The notes: generated from the letters alone by a model not told the origin. A stretch of DNA of 64,000 bases from Candidatus Falkowbacteria bacterium RIFOXYA2_FULL_47_19 (GCA_001780275.1 MFGB01000023.1:5375-69374), one strand, 5' to 3'. Counted from the stretch's first letter, positions 27,789 through 37,891 are shown. Program-made: numbers and translations.

Positions 27789-28214
27789 ATGAAAAAAATC
27801 AACCCTAAGATCAAATTCTGCCTGGACATCGCGAAATTCCAGACCGAACTCTCCCGCCGCCTGGACAGCCGCCTGGGCGGCTTGGGATGGAACGAATTCA
27901 TCATCCTTTACCGCTTAAGCCGGGAGGACGGGCAAAAGATGCGCCGGATCGACCTGGCGGAAGCCGTGGGGCTGACCGCCTCCGGGATCACCCGCCTGCT
28001 TCTTCCGATGGAGAAGATCGGACTGGTCAAAAAGGAGGCGAACGCGCGGGACGCCCGCGTGAGCCTAGTAGCCTTGGCGCCGGGCGGCCGGACTAAGCTA
28101 AGCGAAGGCCTGGAGCGGATGGAAATATTCTGTGATGATCTCATTCCGTCCGGCAAAACGAAAAAGGCGGAAGAGCTATCGGACTTGCTGACCGATCTTA
28201 ACAAGAATATATAA
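27789..28214 (+). CDS. MarR-family transcriptional regulator
   Basis: 'WNEFIILYRLSREDGQKMRRIDLAEAVGLTASGITRLLLPMEKIGLVKKEANARDARV' is a winged-HTH of MarR type. Confidence 0.85.
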   Translation: MKKINPKIKFCLDIAKFQTELSRRLDSRLGGLGWNEFIILYRLSREDGQKMRRIDLAEAVGLTASGITRLLLPMEKIGLVKKEANARDARVSLVALAPGGRTKLSEGLERMEIFCDDLIPSGKTKKAEELSDLLTDLNKNI

Positions 28215-28226
28215 TTTTAAAACCAT

Positions 28227-28802
28227 ATGAAAAAGATCATTCTCGCCTCAACTTCGCCGCGCCGGAAAAAACTACTCGATCAGATCGGCCTGCGCTTTAA
28301 AGCCGTCGCTTCGGGTTACGAGGAAAATATGGACCTGAAGATGAAGCCCGCCGATCTGGCTAGATATCTTTCATCGGGCAAGGCCAGGGCGGTGGCTAAA
28401 AAATACCGGAACGCGATCATAATCGCGGCCGATACTTTCATTGCCTTAAAAAACGAGATATTGGGAAAGCCCGGGACCGATAAACAAGCCCGAATAACCT
28501 TAAAAAAAATCAGCGGCCGGACCCTGGAGGTGATCACCGGCCTGACGGTTATCGACACCGCCGCGGATAAAGAGGTTTCCCGGGCCGTGATCACGAAAGT
28601 GTCCGTGAAAAAACTCGGAAAGGACGAAATCGACGCTTACGTAAGAACCGGCGAACCCCTGGATAAAGCGGGCGCTTTCGGCATCCAGGAAAAAGGGGCC
28701 GTTTTCATAAAAAAGATCGATGGCGATTACAGCAACGTGGTCGGCCTGCCTTTGGGCGAGCTTTTCTCGATATTAAAAAAAATGAACCGCAAAATATATT
28801 GA
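28227..28802 (+). CDS. maf: Maf-family nucleoside triphosphate pyrophosphatase
   Basis: 'IILASTSPRRKKLLDQIGL', 'IIAADT' and 'DKAGAFGIQ' are Maf motifs. Confidence 0.9.
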   Translation: MKKIILASTSPRRKKLLDQIGLRFKAVASGYEENMDLKMKPADLARYLSSGKARAVAKKYRNAIIIAADTFIALKNEILGKPGTDKQARITLKKISGRTLEVITGLTVIDTAADKEVSRAVITKVSVKKLGKDEIDAYVRTGEPLDKAGAFGIQEKGAVFIKKIDGDYSNVVGLPLGELFSILKKMNRKIY

Positions 28803-28931
28803 TCCGGTTCACGCGAAATCATCCCTGACGGCTTCGTCCGGCCTTTTATCTTCGCGCCGGTTTCGGTTTCCTTATCGCATTTTAAAGATCATGTTATATA
28901 CTTTAAAGAGGCTAATTATTTAACGAAAAAT

Positions 28932-29810
28932 ATGGAAAATCCAAAGATCGGCTTTATCGGCCTCGGCACGATGGGGAGGGGCATGGCCGATAACCTTAAA
29001 AAAACCTATCCGTTATGCGTGTATAACCGCACCCGCTCCCGGGCCGAAGCGCTGGCGGCGGCGGAGATAGCGGGCAGTCCCAGGGAGGCGGCCGAGCGCT
29101 CGGAGATCATTTTTACCTGCGTTTCAGACGACCGCGCCCTGGAAGAGATCCTGTCCGGATCAGGCGGACTTTTCGAGGCGGATCTGACCGGCAAGATCCT
29201 GGTCGACTCCGGTACGACCTCCCTCGGTCTCACGGAAAAGATCGCGCGGGAAGCAAAGCGAAAGGACTTTGAATTTTTAGACGCACCGGTCACGGGAAGC
29301 AAATCAGGAGCCGAGGAGGGAAAGCTCATGTTCATGGTCGGCGGAAAAAAAGAGGTTTTCGACCGGATCGTCCCGGTCCTTAAAACCATGGGCGAACGCT
29401 TCGTTTACTGCGGGCGTACCCCGAACGGCCAAAGCGCCAAGCACGCCCTGAATCTCACGTTGTCGCTCGTACTCGAAAGCTATCTTGAGGGCCTCGCCTT
29501 CGGCCTCAAAGCCGGTGTGCCCCTTAAGGCGATGGAGGAGATCTTCGGCAACTCGGGCGCGAAAAACGGCATCGCGTCCTTCAAGATGCCTTATATAAAA
29601 AAACGCGACTTCGCGCCGCACTTTATGCTCAGGCTCATGAATAAGGATCTGAAGCTGGCGGCCGAAGACCGCGCGCGGTTCGGCGTTTACGCTCCTTTAG
29701 CCGATGAAATAATCAAAATATTCGATCAGGCCCTCTCCCGCGGCAACGAAGACGTTTCCACGATCGCCAAAACCCTGGAAAAAGCGAACGGCGTCTCGTT
29801 CTCGGAGTAA
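28932..29810 (+). CDS. NAD(P)-dependent beta-hydroxyacid dehydrogenase family oxidoreductase
   Basis: Rossmann motif 'IGFIGLGTMGRGMA', 'DAPVTGS' and a C-terminal 6PGDH-like helical domain. Confidence 0.85.
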   Translation: MENPKIGFIGLGTMGRGMADNLKKTYPLCVYNRTRSRAEALAAAEIAGSPREAAERSEIIFTCVSDDRALEEILSGSGGLFEADLTGKILVDSGTTSLGLTEKIAREAKRKDFEFLDAPVTGSKSGAEEGKLMFMVGGKKEVFDRIVPVLKTMGERFVYCGRTPNGQSAKHALNLTLSLVLESYLEGLAFGLKAGVPLKAMEEIFGNSGAKNGIASFKMPYIKKRDFAPHFMLRLMNKDLKLAAEDRARFGVYAPLADEIIKIFDQALSRGNEDVSTIAKTLEKANGVSFSE

Positions 29811-29870
29811 ATCCGCCGATATCAAATAAAGAGGCTTAAAGCCTCTTTATTTTATTATCCCGATTTAAAC

Positions 29871-30584
29871 TTAATTACCTTTTTTGCATTCTCCGCGGAA
29901 GAACGCCCACTCATCGCATTCGCTGCCGTCCGTGAATTTACATACTCCGTACTGCCCGCCGTCGGCATCCGTCCTTATTTGGGTCTCTCCGCCCTCACTG
30001 ACGCAGTGGGCCGAAGCGGGATTGGGAAGCTCTACCCTATCCTGCGCGCCGGACTCGCGCTCCGCGCAATCCGGGGTCATTTCGGCCGGAAAACCGAACC
30101 GCGCGATTTCGGCGCAGTCATATAGTCCGTTGCCGTCAAAAGCGATCTGCCAGACGCCGTTTTCTTCGTAAGCGAAAAAGATGCCGCCCGGGCCGAATCC
30201 TCCCTCCATGGCGAATTTGACGCCGCCCCGCGCGTGATCGCCGTCGAACCGGTCGATCGTTATCCGGATCTCTTCCGCGCTTTTCCCGTATTTGGCGATA
30301 AAAGCCTGCCGGATACTTTCAATATCGGCTTCCGACGCTTCGGCCGATTCCGGGACGCAGGGCTCTTCCCATGCCCGCAAGCACTTTTCCCTGGCCTCGC
30401 ACCAGGAGTAACCGGCCGCGACGAGACAGCCATGCTCGTCTTTTTGTCCGCCGATAAGGCCGCTCTCGTTATCCGCTCTCCCCGGTTCCGCCGGCCGTCC
30501 GTAATAGGCGTAAACCCCGGCGATAACCAATCCCGAGACCGCCGCAACGGCCAAAATTATGGTTAAAAAACTCTTTTTGCCCAT
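29871..30584 (-). CDS. membrane-anchored protein with a C-terminal DUF333-like domain
   Basis: An N-terminal TM helix and a C-terminal 'NPASAHCVSEGGETQIRTDADGGQYGVCKFTDGSECDEWAFFRGEC', typical of DUF333. Confidence 0.6.
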   Translation of the reverse strand: MGKKSFLTIILAVAAVSGLVIAGVYAYYGRPAEPGRADNESGLIGGQKDEHGCLVAAGYSWCEAREKCLRAWEEPCVPESAEASEADIESIRQAFIAKYGKSAEEIRITIDRFDGDHARGGVKFAMEGGFGPGGIFFAYEENGVWQIAFDGNGLYDCAEIARFGFPAEMTPDCAERESGAQDRVELPNPASAHCVSEGGETQIRTDADGGQYGVCKFTDGSECDEWAFFRGECKKGN

Positions 30585-30715
30585 ATTTTTGTAAAAATAA
30601 AAACGCTATTAAAATCAATATGTGAACCCATCTTAATTTATATACGAATATAAAGTAAAAGGGTAACAACGCTTATATTTTTATCTTTCTTCCTCCCCGA
30701 AATTAACCGGCTTCC

Positions 30716-31357
30716 CTACTTTTTGCCTTTTTTATGGGCGGCTTTCTTCGGGGTTATCGCCTTTTTGATCTTCTTCAGGATCTCTTTCTTTTTGGGCTTG
30801 ATCTTTTTTCCGTTTTTTTTCTCAGCGATCTTTTCGATCACATGGGTAACCGGTTTTTCCTTAACGGTTTTTTCCGCGGAAAAATTCAATGACAATATTT
30901 TTATTATACTATCGAGTTTATTGTTCAACGCTTCAAACTGTTTTTTGTATTGGTCCGCTCCGGCCTGGCCGCCGCTACCGCCGGCCTTTTCGCTTTTGCC
31001 GAAACAATCGCTGCAGTAAACCGGCTTATCGCCCGTGGGCCGAAAAGGCACTTCGCAGTCCCGATGGCACTTATCGCAAACGGCTTTGAACATCTGTTTG
31101 TTGCCGAAGCCTGAACGCCCGGAATCTTTCCTTTCAAAACGGCCTCCGCCCGAATTATCTTTTTTGCCGAAACAATCGCTGCAGTAGACCGGCTTGTCGC
31201 CGGACGGCCTGAACGGCACCTCGCATTGCCGGCCGCATTCGGCGCAGATAGCATCATGCATTTGCGGCCTTTCCCTGTTGTTCCCCCCTCTAAAACCGTG
31301 ATCGCCGTCGAATCGCTTTTTTCCGCCGAATTTTTCTCCTTTATTGAACTTACCCAT
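30716..31357 (-). CDS. protein with two CxxC-x17-CxxC zinc-ribbon repeats and a Lys-rich tail
   Basis: 'CAECGRQCEVPFRPSGDKPVYCSDCF' and 'CDKCHRDCEVPFRPTGDKPVYCSDCF'. The spacing was counted as C-x2-C-x17-C-x2-C. Confidence 0.7.
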   Translation of the reverse strand: MGKFNKGEKFGGKKRFDGDHGFRGGNNRERPQMHDAICAECGRQCEVPFRPSGDKPVYCSDCFGKKDNSGGGRFERKDSGRSGFGNKQMFKAVCDKCHRDCEVPFRPTGDKPVYCSDCFGKSEKAGGSGGQAGADQYKKQFEALNNKLDSIIKILSLNFSAEKTVKEKPVTHVIEKIAEKKNGKKIKPKKKEILKKIKKAITPKKAAHKKGKK

Positions 31358-31636
31358 AATTTTTGCGTTATTTACTTATGCTTTATTAATTATAGGTCTT
31401 ATTCGCTTTTACTGCAACAAAAAAAGCAAGGATAACCCCGCTTTCAATTATTCCCCTGTCATTTTAATATTGGGCCGGGGGAGTAAAATTTTTACACGAT
31501 AGTTTTAGTTGAGATCCTTTGGCAATTAAAAAATAAAAAAGGCTCCTCAGAGAGAGCCTTGAATTGCTTAAATTTTTTATATCATATTTTCTCGTTCATA
31601 ATTTTTTAAAAAATATTTATTCTTAACATGAACATA

Positions 31637-31939
31637 TTATAGGCGGGTTATGCTGATCGCTTTGCCGTTGACGATAGCGTCGCTGATTTTCTTATAAGCG
31701 GAAGAAAGAATGCGCTGAAAGGTGGTTTGGGATGTTTTCATTTTTTTTGCGCACTCGTTCTGGTCTAAATTCTCGATATTTTTAAGGCGCAGCGCCTCTC
31801 CCTCCTCAACCGTTAATTCAATTAATTCCAAATCAGCCATCGGTATTCCCCTGGGTTTAAAATAGTCTGCTTTCGGATTAAAATTTACATTGCGATGCAA
31901 GCATGGCCTGCCCGGGCCGCGCCCGAATCTGTTTGCCAT
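31637..31939 (-). CDS. DUF134 (UPF0251) predicted DNA-binding protein
   Basis: 'YFKPRGIPMADLELIELTVEEGEALRLKNIENLDQNECAKKMKTSQTTFQRILSSAYKKISDAIVNGKAI' matches the DUF134 pattern. Confidence 0.75.
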   Translation of the reverse strand: MANRFGRGPGRPCLHRNVNFNPKADYFKPRGIPMADLELIELTVEEGEALRLKNIENLDQNECAKKMKTSQTTFQRILSSAYKKISDAIVNGKAISITRL

Positions 31940-32040
31940 ATTTTTATCGGTTTAATAATAACGGATAGCGGATAGCCCCGCCCCATGCGGGGTCATCGGT
32001 CATCGGTCATCTCCGGACGCTGTTCTTGCGCCGGCTCCTT

Positions 32041-32238
32041 TTATTTATCGGCTGGAGCGGCGCTTCCGGTTTGTCTGGCCCGAAAACCAAATCCGCGCGC
32101 CCGTCCTCCCTGAACGCCTCGCCCTTGTCCGGCACCCCCGGGAACGCCCCGGGCCGCACCGCAGGGACCCATGCCCCGGCCCGTAGCCGGACCATTACCC
32201 TGAGGACCGGTTCCATCTTTAAGTGGCATATTTATCAC
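32041..32238 (-). CDS. DUF5320-like small Gly-rich protein
   Basis: 'MPLKDGTGPQGNGPATGRGMGPCG' resembles the DUF5320 N-terminus (MPRGDGTGPMG..GRG.G.C), and this family is a frequent neighbour of DUF134. The likely start is the Met at 32229. Confidence 0.55.
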   Translation of the reverse strand: MINMPLKDGTGPQGNGPATGRGMGPCGAARGVPGGAGQGRGVQGGRARGFGFRARQTGSAAPADK

Positions 32239-32283
32239 CCCCTTTCTATTAACGATTATAAGGAATAAACGTTATAATCATAT

Positions 32284-32309
32284 TAAATATGAATATATAT
32301 TCATATTTA
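32284..32309. promoter_or_regulatory. 26-bp perfect palindrome (candidate operator) upstream of the DUF5320-DUF134 pair
   Basis: TAAATATGAATAT/ATATTCATATTTA, checked base by base. It lies about 50-70 nt upstream of the DUF5320 start. Confidence 0.4.
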
Positions 32310-32426
32310 TTTTAAATATATACCCATATTTATCCCTTGTCAAGAGGGGCGTTTTTGCGCCCCGATAACCAAAAATCGCGGCCGGAAAGCCGCGATTAAG
32401 TTAAGCGAAAAAAATTAAAAAATCGC

Positions 32427-33581
32427 CTAGGGTAATTCGCGGAACTGTCTATCGGCTTCAGTCGCATTCTTTAATGCCGCCTCAAGATCCGCATCACTCT
32501 CAGCTAAAACACCCTTGAAATATTCGTAAAGATCGCAATTCAACTTGATATACTCATGCGGCGCAAGCTTCTTCTCTGTCTCCGCCGGTTCGCCTGTCTG
32601 ATAATTATATAGCCGCTGCAGGGCATCACCGGCGTAATCTGTGGCTGCCCCGGCTAAATTCTTCACGTGTTCGGCCGCCAGCCCAGCGGCCTTTTCCGCG
32701 GCCGAAGCGGTCATGGCGGCGATATCAGGGATGCCCCCGGCCAGAACCGAAGCGATGCGGGTGGAAAACTCTATAATAGCCACATTCGTCATATCGGCGA
32801 TGCCATTGATGCAATTCTTATTAGCATCCATCATGGCCGTCCGGATATTGTCGCGCGCAGCGTTCGTTTCCTTAACCGCATCAGACCACATCTTCTTTTC
32901 CGCGGCTAATTCTTGTTTCCGGGCCGCTATCGCCTCTTCATTCCGGACGCAAGTGCCGTTTTGACAGGTTTTCATTATCTGCTGGCTTCCGAAAATTTCC
33001 GGGTCAGACGCGCAATCGGTGTCAAAGGTTTTTTCACAAATATTGCCGCGCGGATTGCAGCCCATCTTCCACATCACGTCCCCCTCGCAGATTGGTTCAC
33101 AGTCACTGTCGTATTTACACTGACCCTGATCGACTACTTCATCGTTCGCTTCTTCGGTGCCCTCATCCTCCTTGACCGCTTCCGCGCTTCTGTCGGCGCA
33201 GGTGTCGTCCCCGGCGATTTCATCGCCTCCGCATTTAAAACAGGCTTTGCCCTTTATATAACCGTTGTCCGCCCGACAGCCGTTTTTAAACTTATCAAAC
33301 TCAGTCTCAACCCATTTTTCGTATTTTTCATTCACGTATTTTTTCGCCTCCCCCCGCTTCATGCCGATCTTGTCGCAAAAATCGTTATGAAAAGCACATT
33401 TGCAGTATTGAAAATTCAAATGCGCACCGCAAAAATCATCCCTGATGTCCCCCGGTTTGAATTTAATGGACTGGGTACAGCCGCCCAAAATCGCTGTCAA
33501 AAAAAACACGCCCAGCCCTCCGATAATAATACGCAAAAAATTCTTTTTATCCATACTTTTCGATTTATTTATAATAGACAT
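32427..33581 (-). CDS. Cys-rich lipoprotein, function unknown
   Basis: Lipobox 'AILGGC', many paired Cys in the N-terminal half and a helical Ala-rich C-terminal half. Two hairpins follow at about 32343-32398. Confidence 0.6.
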   Translation of the reverse strand: MSIINKSKSMDKKNFLRIIIGGLGVFFLTAILGGCTQSIKFKPGDIRDDFCGAHLNFQYCKCAFHNDFCDKIGMKRGEAKKYVNEKYEKWVETEFDKFKNGCRADNGYIKGKACFKCGGDEIAGDDTCADRSAEAVKEDEGTEEANDEVVDQGQCKYDSDCEPICEGDVMWKMGCNPRGNICEKTFDTDCASDPEIFGSQQIMKTCQNGTCVRNEEAIAARKQELAAEKKMWSDAVKETNAARDNIRTAMMDANKNCINGIADMTNVAIIEFSTRIASVLAGGIPDIAAMTASAAEKAAGLAAEHVKNLAGAATDYAGDALQRLYNYQTGEPAETEKKLAPHEYIKLNCDLYEYFKGVLAESDADLEAALKNATEADRQFRELP

Positions 33582-33657
33582 GGTCTTTAATTTTATTATA
33601 ATCTTACATTAAAATTTTGTAAATAAATATTAAAAAACCGGCAAAAACCGATAACAA

Positions 33658-34905
33658 TCAAAACGACACGCTGTCTCCCGCCGTATAACCGGTGCTCCAG
33701 CAGATCTGCAGGTTATAGCCGCCGGAGGGGCCGTCCAGGTCCAGGGCCTCGCCGGCGAAAAACAAATTCGGATAAAACCGGGAACGCATGGTCTTCGGGT
33801 CAACCTCGAAGGTCGCGACGCCGCCGGCGGTGATCATCGCCCGATCAAAACCCTTTAAGCCCTTAACTTCGAGAATAAATCCCTTCAGAGCTCCGGTCAG
33901 CCGGACGCGCTCTTCTTTTTTAATATCGCTGACCGCCCGAGCGCCGTTTAAGCCGCTTATTTCCAGGATAACCGGCGCGAGCCGAGGCGACGTTAAACGG
34001 ACAAGATAATTTTTAAGCTGCTTATTATTACTCTCGTGAAAATCCTGCCGTATCTTTTTATCGAGCTCGCTCTTTTCGCTATCCGGAAAAAGGTCGATTT
34101 CAAGCTTTAACGCCCCCGCGGACAGGAGTGATCCGATCCGGCCGCTTAGGTCGATCACGGCCGGCCCGCTCAGGCCGTCAGACGTAAAAACCATATCGCC
34201 GCGGCAGCGCGCCACTATTTTTTTGCCGGCCAAAACGTTAAGGCCGGCGTCTTTCAGGCTCAGGCCCTCGAGTTTTTTAACGATTTTTTCCTTGACGACG
34301 ACAGGTGTCAGGGCCGGCCGGGGCGTATTAACGGTGTGGCCTAAAGAAGCGAGCCAGCCGTAAGCGTCGCCCGTTGAACCCGTTGACGGGTAAGACCGGC
34401 CGCCGGTGGCAATCACGAAATTTTTGCTTAAAATCTCTCCGCCGCCTCTAAGCCTCGCTCCCCGGATCGCGTTTTCACGGGCGACCAGCCCGCTCACGGC
34501 GGCGCCGTGCCTGATCTCGACTTTATATTTCTCAAGATATTTAAGAAGCGCCTGCCGGATATCCTCCGCGCGGCCGCTCTTCGGAAAAACCCGGCCTTTG
34601 TCCCCGGCTTCCGTGGTCACGCCTAAATCCGCGAAAAAACGCAAAACGCTTTTCACTCCGAATCTGTGAAAAGCGGAAAATAAAAATTTATGGTTTCGGC
34701 CGTAAACCGCCATCGCCCCCTTATCGTCGGCCGTGAGGTTGGTAAAATTACACCGGCCGCCGCCGCTTAAAAGCAATTTTATTCCCAAAGAATCGTTCTT
34801 TTCCAGGAGGATAACGCGCGCGCCCCGTTCGCCCGCCCGTCCGGCCGCCATCATTCCGGCCGGCCCGCCGCCCACTACCGCTAGATCGTAGATCATAAAA
34901 TTCAC
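33658..34905 (-). CDS. HI0933/BaiN-family NAD(P)/FAD-dependent oxidoreductase
   Basis: 'YDLAVVGGGPAGMMAA', 'LLSGGGRCNFTN' and a C-terminal 'FAGEALDLDGPSGGYNLQ'. Confidence 0.85.
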   Translation of the reverse strand: MNFMIYDLAVVGGGPAGMMAAGRAGERGARVILLEKNDSLGIKLLLSGGGRCNFTNLTADDKGAMAVYGRNHKFLFSAFHRFGVKSVLRFFADLGVTTEAGDKGRVFPKSGRAEDIRQALLKYLEKYKVEIRHGAAVSGLVARENAIRGARLRGGGEILSKNFVIATGGRSYPSTGSTGDAYGWLASLGHTVNTPRPALTPVVVKEKIVKKLEGLSLKDAGLNVLAGKKIVARCRGDMVFTSDGLSGPAVIDLSGRIGSLLSAGALKLEIDLFPDSEKSELDKKIRQDFHESNNKQLKNYLVRLTSPRLAPVILEISGLNGARAVSDIKKEERVRLTGALKGFILEVKGLKGFDRAMITAGGVATFEVDPKTMRSRFYPNLFFAGEALDLDGPSGGYNLQICWSTGYTAGDSVSF

Positions 34906-35014
34906 GATTAAACCCCTGGCGCTAAATATCGTATTTAGCGCGCTTAATAATACGACGATATGACAAATCTCCCATAAAAACGGTGCTGGTTTTTCTCATG
35001 GCTCGGGACATAAT

Positions 35015-35491
35015 TCAAATATTCAAACGCCAGATATAAAAATTAAGTATGGCGGCGAAACTTACCCAGGCCCAATACGGCAAGAGAAGATAAGCGGACG
35101 CTTTTTTTATCGGCCGGAATTCACGTATCGTGAGGCCGATCATGAGCCAAAGAATTATGATATTGAGGAACGCCCAGGCCGGACTCTTGAGGCCGAAAAA
35201 TATAATAGACCACGAGGCATTAAATAACAGGTGGATCGAAAAAATCATCATGGCCCGCCTGATTTGTGTCTGCCTGCCCTGTTTCCAGACCAAATAAAGC
35301 GCTACGCCCATAAGCGTATACAAGATGGTCCAGGCCGGACCGAATATCCAGCCGGGCGGATTGAACGCGGGTTTAACAAGCCCGGCATACCAGCCGGAAA
35401 TGGCCGGGGCTGTGAAAACCGTGCCGATGAGGCCGGCCGCCTGGCAGACCGCGATCGACAATATCAATTTTACAGCATTGGCTTTTTTCAT
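35015..35491 (-). CDS. tspO: TspO/MBR family tryptophan-rich sensory protein
   Basis: Five TM segments, with 'WYAGLVKPAFNPPGWIFGPAWTILYTLMGVA' and 'LLLPYWAWVSFAAILN'. Confidence 0.85.
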   Translation of the reverse strand: MKKANAVKLILSIAVCQAAGLIGTVFTAPAISGWYAGLVKPAFNPPGWIFGPAWTILYTLMGVALYLVWKQGRQTQIRRAMMIFSIHLLFNASWSIIFFGLKSPAWAFLNIIILWLMIGLTIREFRPIKKASAYLLLPYWAWVSFAAILNFYIWRLNI

Positions 35492-35569
35492 AGATAGTCG
35501 AAAATAATTTAAGCTGGATTATCTTTTTTGTTTCCTTGTCTTATCGCTTCCGATCCTTCCGTCCCGCGG

Positions 35570-36100
35570 TCAGTCCGTGATCGTGATCTCGATCGTCGTG
35601 CCGATATCCGGAACGCCGGCCTCGTCGAAAACGACCGCCACCGGGGCGCCAACGACTGTCCGCCGCCGATCATCCGAATAGCCGATGGCGCCGACCTCGG
35701 CCGGACCCTTGCCCTTCATCTCCTCGAAGGAGAAACCGGTGCGGTAATCGCAGCCGGAACGGGCCAAGCGCCTATTAGAAAAGATCGGGGAGAAGAAAAA
35801 ACCGGTCTCGTACGAGATATCCCTCTCGACCCCGGGCGCGAAATTGACCTTGACGATAATGTCCGATTTGTCTACCCAGTCGCAGAGCCCGCTCCCCGGC
35901 CGGCCGGCCTGGTCCGCCGCGGTCTGGCCGAGATACGGCCCGGACTCGTCCGGCGCTTCAATGGCCGATTCCGCCGCCGCCTCCCCCGCTGCCCGCTCCC
36001 CGGCCGGCGCCTGTGTCCTCGCGGCATCAGGACGTCCGCAACCGCTGCTCATTATGATCGCCAGGAAAGCGGTCAGAACCAGAAAAATATTTTTCTTCAT
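35570..36100 (-). CDS. lipoprotein, function unknown
   Basis: Lipobox 'IMSSGC'. This strand is preferred over the antisense 35528-36124 ORF, which is Arg/Pro-rich. Confidence 0.6.
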   Translation of the reverse strand: MKKNIFLVLTAFLAIIMSSGCGRPDAARTQAPAGERAAGEAAAESAIEAPDESGPYLGQTAADQAGRPGSGLCDWVDKSDIIVKVNFAPGVERDISYETGFFFSPIFSNRRLARSGCDYRTGFSFEEMKGKGPAEVGAIGYSDDRRRTVVGAPVAVVFDEAGVPDIGTTIEITITD

Positions 36101-36136
36101 AATATTTTTTCTTATTATATTTAGAGAACCGAAATT

Positions 36137-36418
36137 CTAAATCCCGTAAGCGCTCTTGAAAAAATCGGCCGGCTTGACTTCGGTAAAAGCCGTTAGACCG
36201 CCGCCGGATGCATCCCAAGTCTCCTGATAATCTTCGTTCCAGCCGAAAGCGGATTCGGCGATTTTTTTATAGTCCTCCAAAGTATAGAAGCTAAAGCGCA
36301 CGCTGCCGCTGTTGCCGCTGGAATATTCGACCAGATCAAAATAAACATAAACGGTACGCCCGTTTTTATCCGTCGTGCTGAAATCAGGTTCGTCGAATAA
36401 TTTTTTCACCTGAGCCAT
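36137..36418 (-). CDS. hypothetical 93-aa protein (possibly the C-terminal part of the upstream lipoprotein)
   Basis: Its ATG is 5 nt after the stop of 36424-37605. One extra G in the G8 tract (36428-36435) would fuse the two ORFs in frame. Confidence 0.5.
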   Translation of the reverse strand: MAQVKKLFDEPDFSTTDKNGRTVYVYFDLVEYSSGNSGSVRFSFYTLEDYKKIAESAFGWNEDYQETWDASGGGLTAFTEVKPADFFKSAYGI

Positions 36419-36423
36419 GGTTT

Positions 36424-37605
36424 TTAACCCCCCCCATCACTAAGGTCATTGAACTCGGAAAACGGCATTCTCGGCTGGGTTGACTCGGTTTTTACTTCTT
36501 CTTTTACTTCTTTATCTTCCGCTTTCTGTGGCGCGGACTTTTCGTCTTGTTCGGCTTTTCGGTCAATTTTATCATTAATTCCTAAAATCTTTTCCACTTC
36601 CGCGACTGATTCGCCCGGCGTTTCTTTCCCGTTTTCTTTTAGCCATTCCCCTACTTCCTCTGGTTTCATAACGGCAACGCTTATCGGACTGTCTTTTGTT
36701 TCCCCCGTATAGACAGGTAAATTGATACCTAGGATATTGCCATCCTGGGCCGCGCTCCTGAATTGGTCCAAACCGGCCATAACCGCGTTGAATTTATCAA
36801 ATCCGGAACTAAGATTATTGGGTATGTCCGTTATCGTCAGGACCGTGGCGATAGGTCCGCTTACTTTTCTGGCTTCGCCGACAATGGCCGAAACCTTGTT
36901 GTCATTTCCCAGCGCGATATTAGCTCCGTCCTCCGTCACTTCCAGGACTAAATCCGCGCCGCTCACTATGACGGCCGCTTTTGTTAAGACCGAGCCGGCC
37001 ATGATCGCCGAAGTGCCGCCGCTTAAGACGACGCCCCCCACGAAGCCCGCGACCTTGCAGCCGTCTTTGACCACGATCGCACTTTTTTCCATGGTTTCGT
37101 AAGTATCCCCTTCTCCGCCCCAGATCTCGCTCGAAACCATGGCTTGATCCTGATTAAGGATCAGCTGGGCTCTTTTCGCGTCGACTCCGAGATGCTTGGC
37201 CAGGGTCATTATTTTTTTCCCCATTGGCGCCTTGTCAACGATCCGGGATATCTCCTCTTTATCATAAGCCAGGGCTTCTCTCGTGAATTTAAACCCTGTT
37301 TTTTCCCGCGCCATTTCTTCGGCAGATTTTTCCAAAACGGCCGCGCTTTCTTCCAGGCTTTTCCATCCCTTTATGATCGCCGTCATTTCACTGTTCCAGC
37401 CCTCATAATCCGGATATTGTTCGGCGTTTATTAAAACATTATCGGTTCGATAGCGCAGGGCGACGTAATTTTTCGAAATATTATAGGTTTGCTCATAAAC
37501 GGCTTGTTCGCCGCTTAAAACCGCGTTTTGCGGCGCTGCCTTATCCCGGGCGCAGGCCGACAGGAAAAAGACGGAAATAAGGGGGATTATAAAGATTTTT
37601 TTCAT
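36424..37605 (-). CDS. lipoprotein, function unknown
   Basis: Lipobox 'FLSAC'. The ORF ends '...SDGGG*', encoded by a G8 homopolymer. Confidence 0.6.
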   Translation of the reverse strand: MKKIFIIPLISVFFLSACARDKAAPQNAVLSGEQAVYEQTYNISKNYVALRYRTDNVLINAEQYPDYEGWNSEMTAIIKGWKSLEESAAVLEKSAEEMAREKTGFKFTREALAYDKEEISRIVDKAPMGKKIMTLAKHLGVDAKRAQLILNQDQAMVSSEIWGGEGDTYETMEKSAIVVKDGCKVAGFVGGVVLSGGTSAIMAGSVLTKAAVIVSGADLVLEVTEDGANIALGNDNKVSAIVGEARKVSGPIATVLTITDIPNNLSSGFDKFNAVMAGLDQFRSAAQDGNILGINLPVYTGETKDSPISVAVMKPEEVGEWLKENGKETPGESVAEVEKILGINDKIDRKAEQDEKSAPQKAEDKEVKEEVKTESTQPRMPFSEFNDLSDGGG

Positions 37606-37777
37606 GCTGTTTATAATTTAATTATTATTTTTCTTTTACGCATAATTAATTGTATAGAGAAAATCAAATTTTGACAAATGCCTGCCGTGATTAAATATTT
37701 TTTATATTTTTATTTTAGCGTTTTTTACATAACCCCAGGCAGGGCTATAATAAAATAATGTTTAAATTTTAAAAAAA

Positions 37778-37808
37778 GCCGGTTGCACGCATTTGAAATG
37801 CAACCGGC
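37778..37808 (-). terminator. intrinsic terminator of the rSAM-peptide unit
   Basis: A 10-bp stem GCCGGTTGCA/TGCAACCGGC followed, in minus sense, by a T7 run (37771-37777). Confidence 0.7.
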
Positions 37809-37891
37809 GATAATAATACTACCGCGACAATGGACGGCTTGTTATATTTCGGGGGCACAGAGACTCAAGCCGCCACGATTATTTGCCGCGA

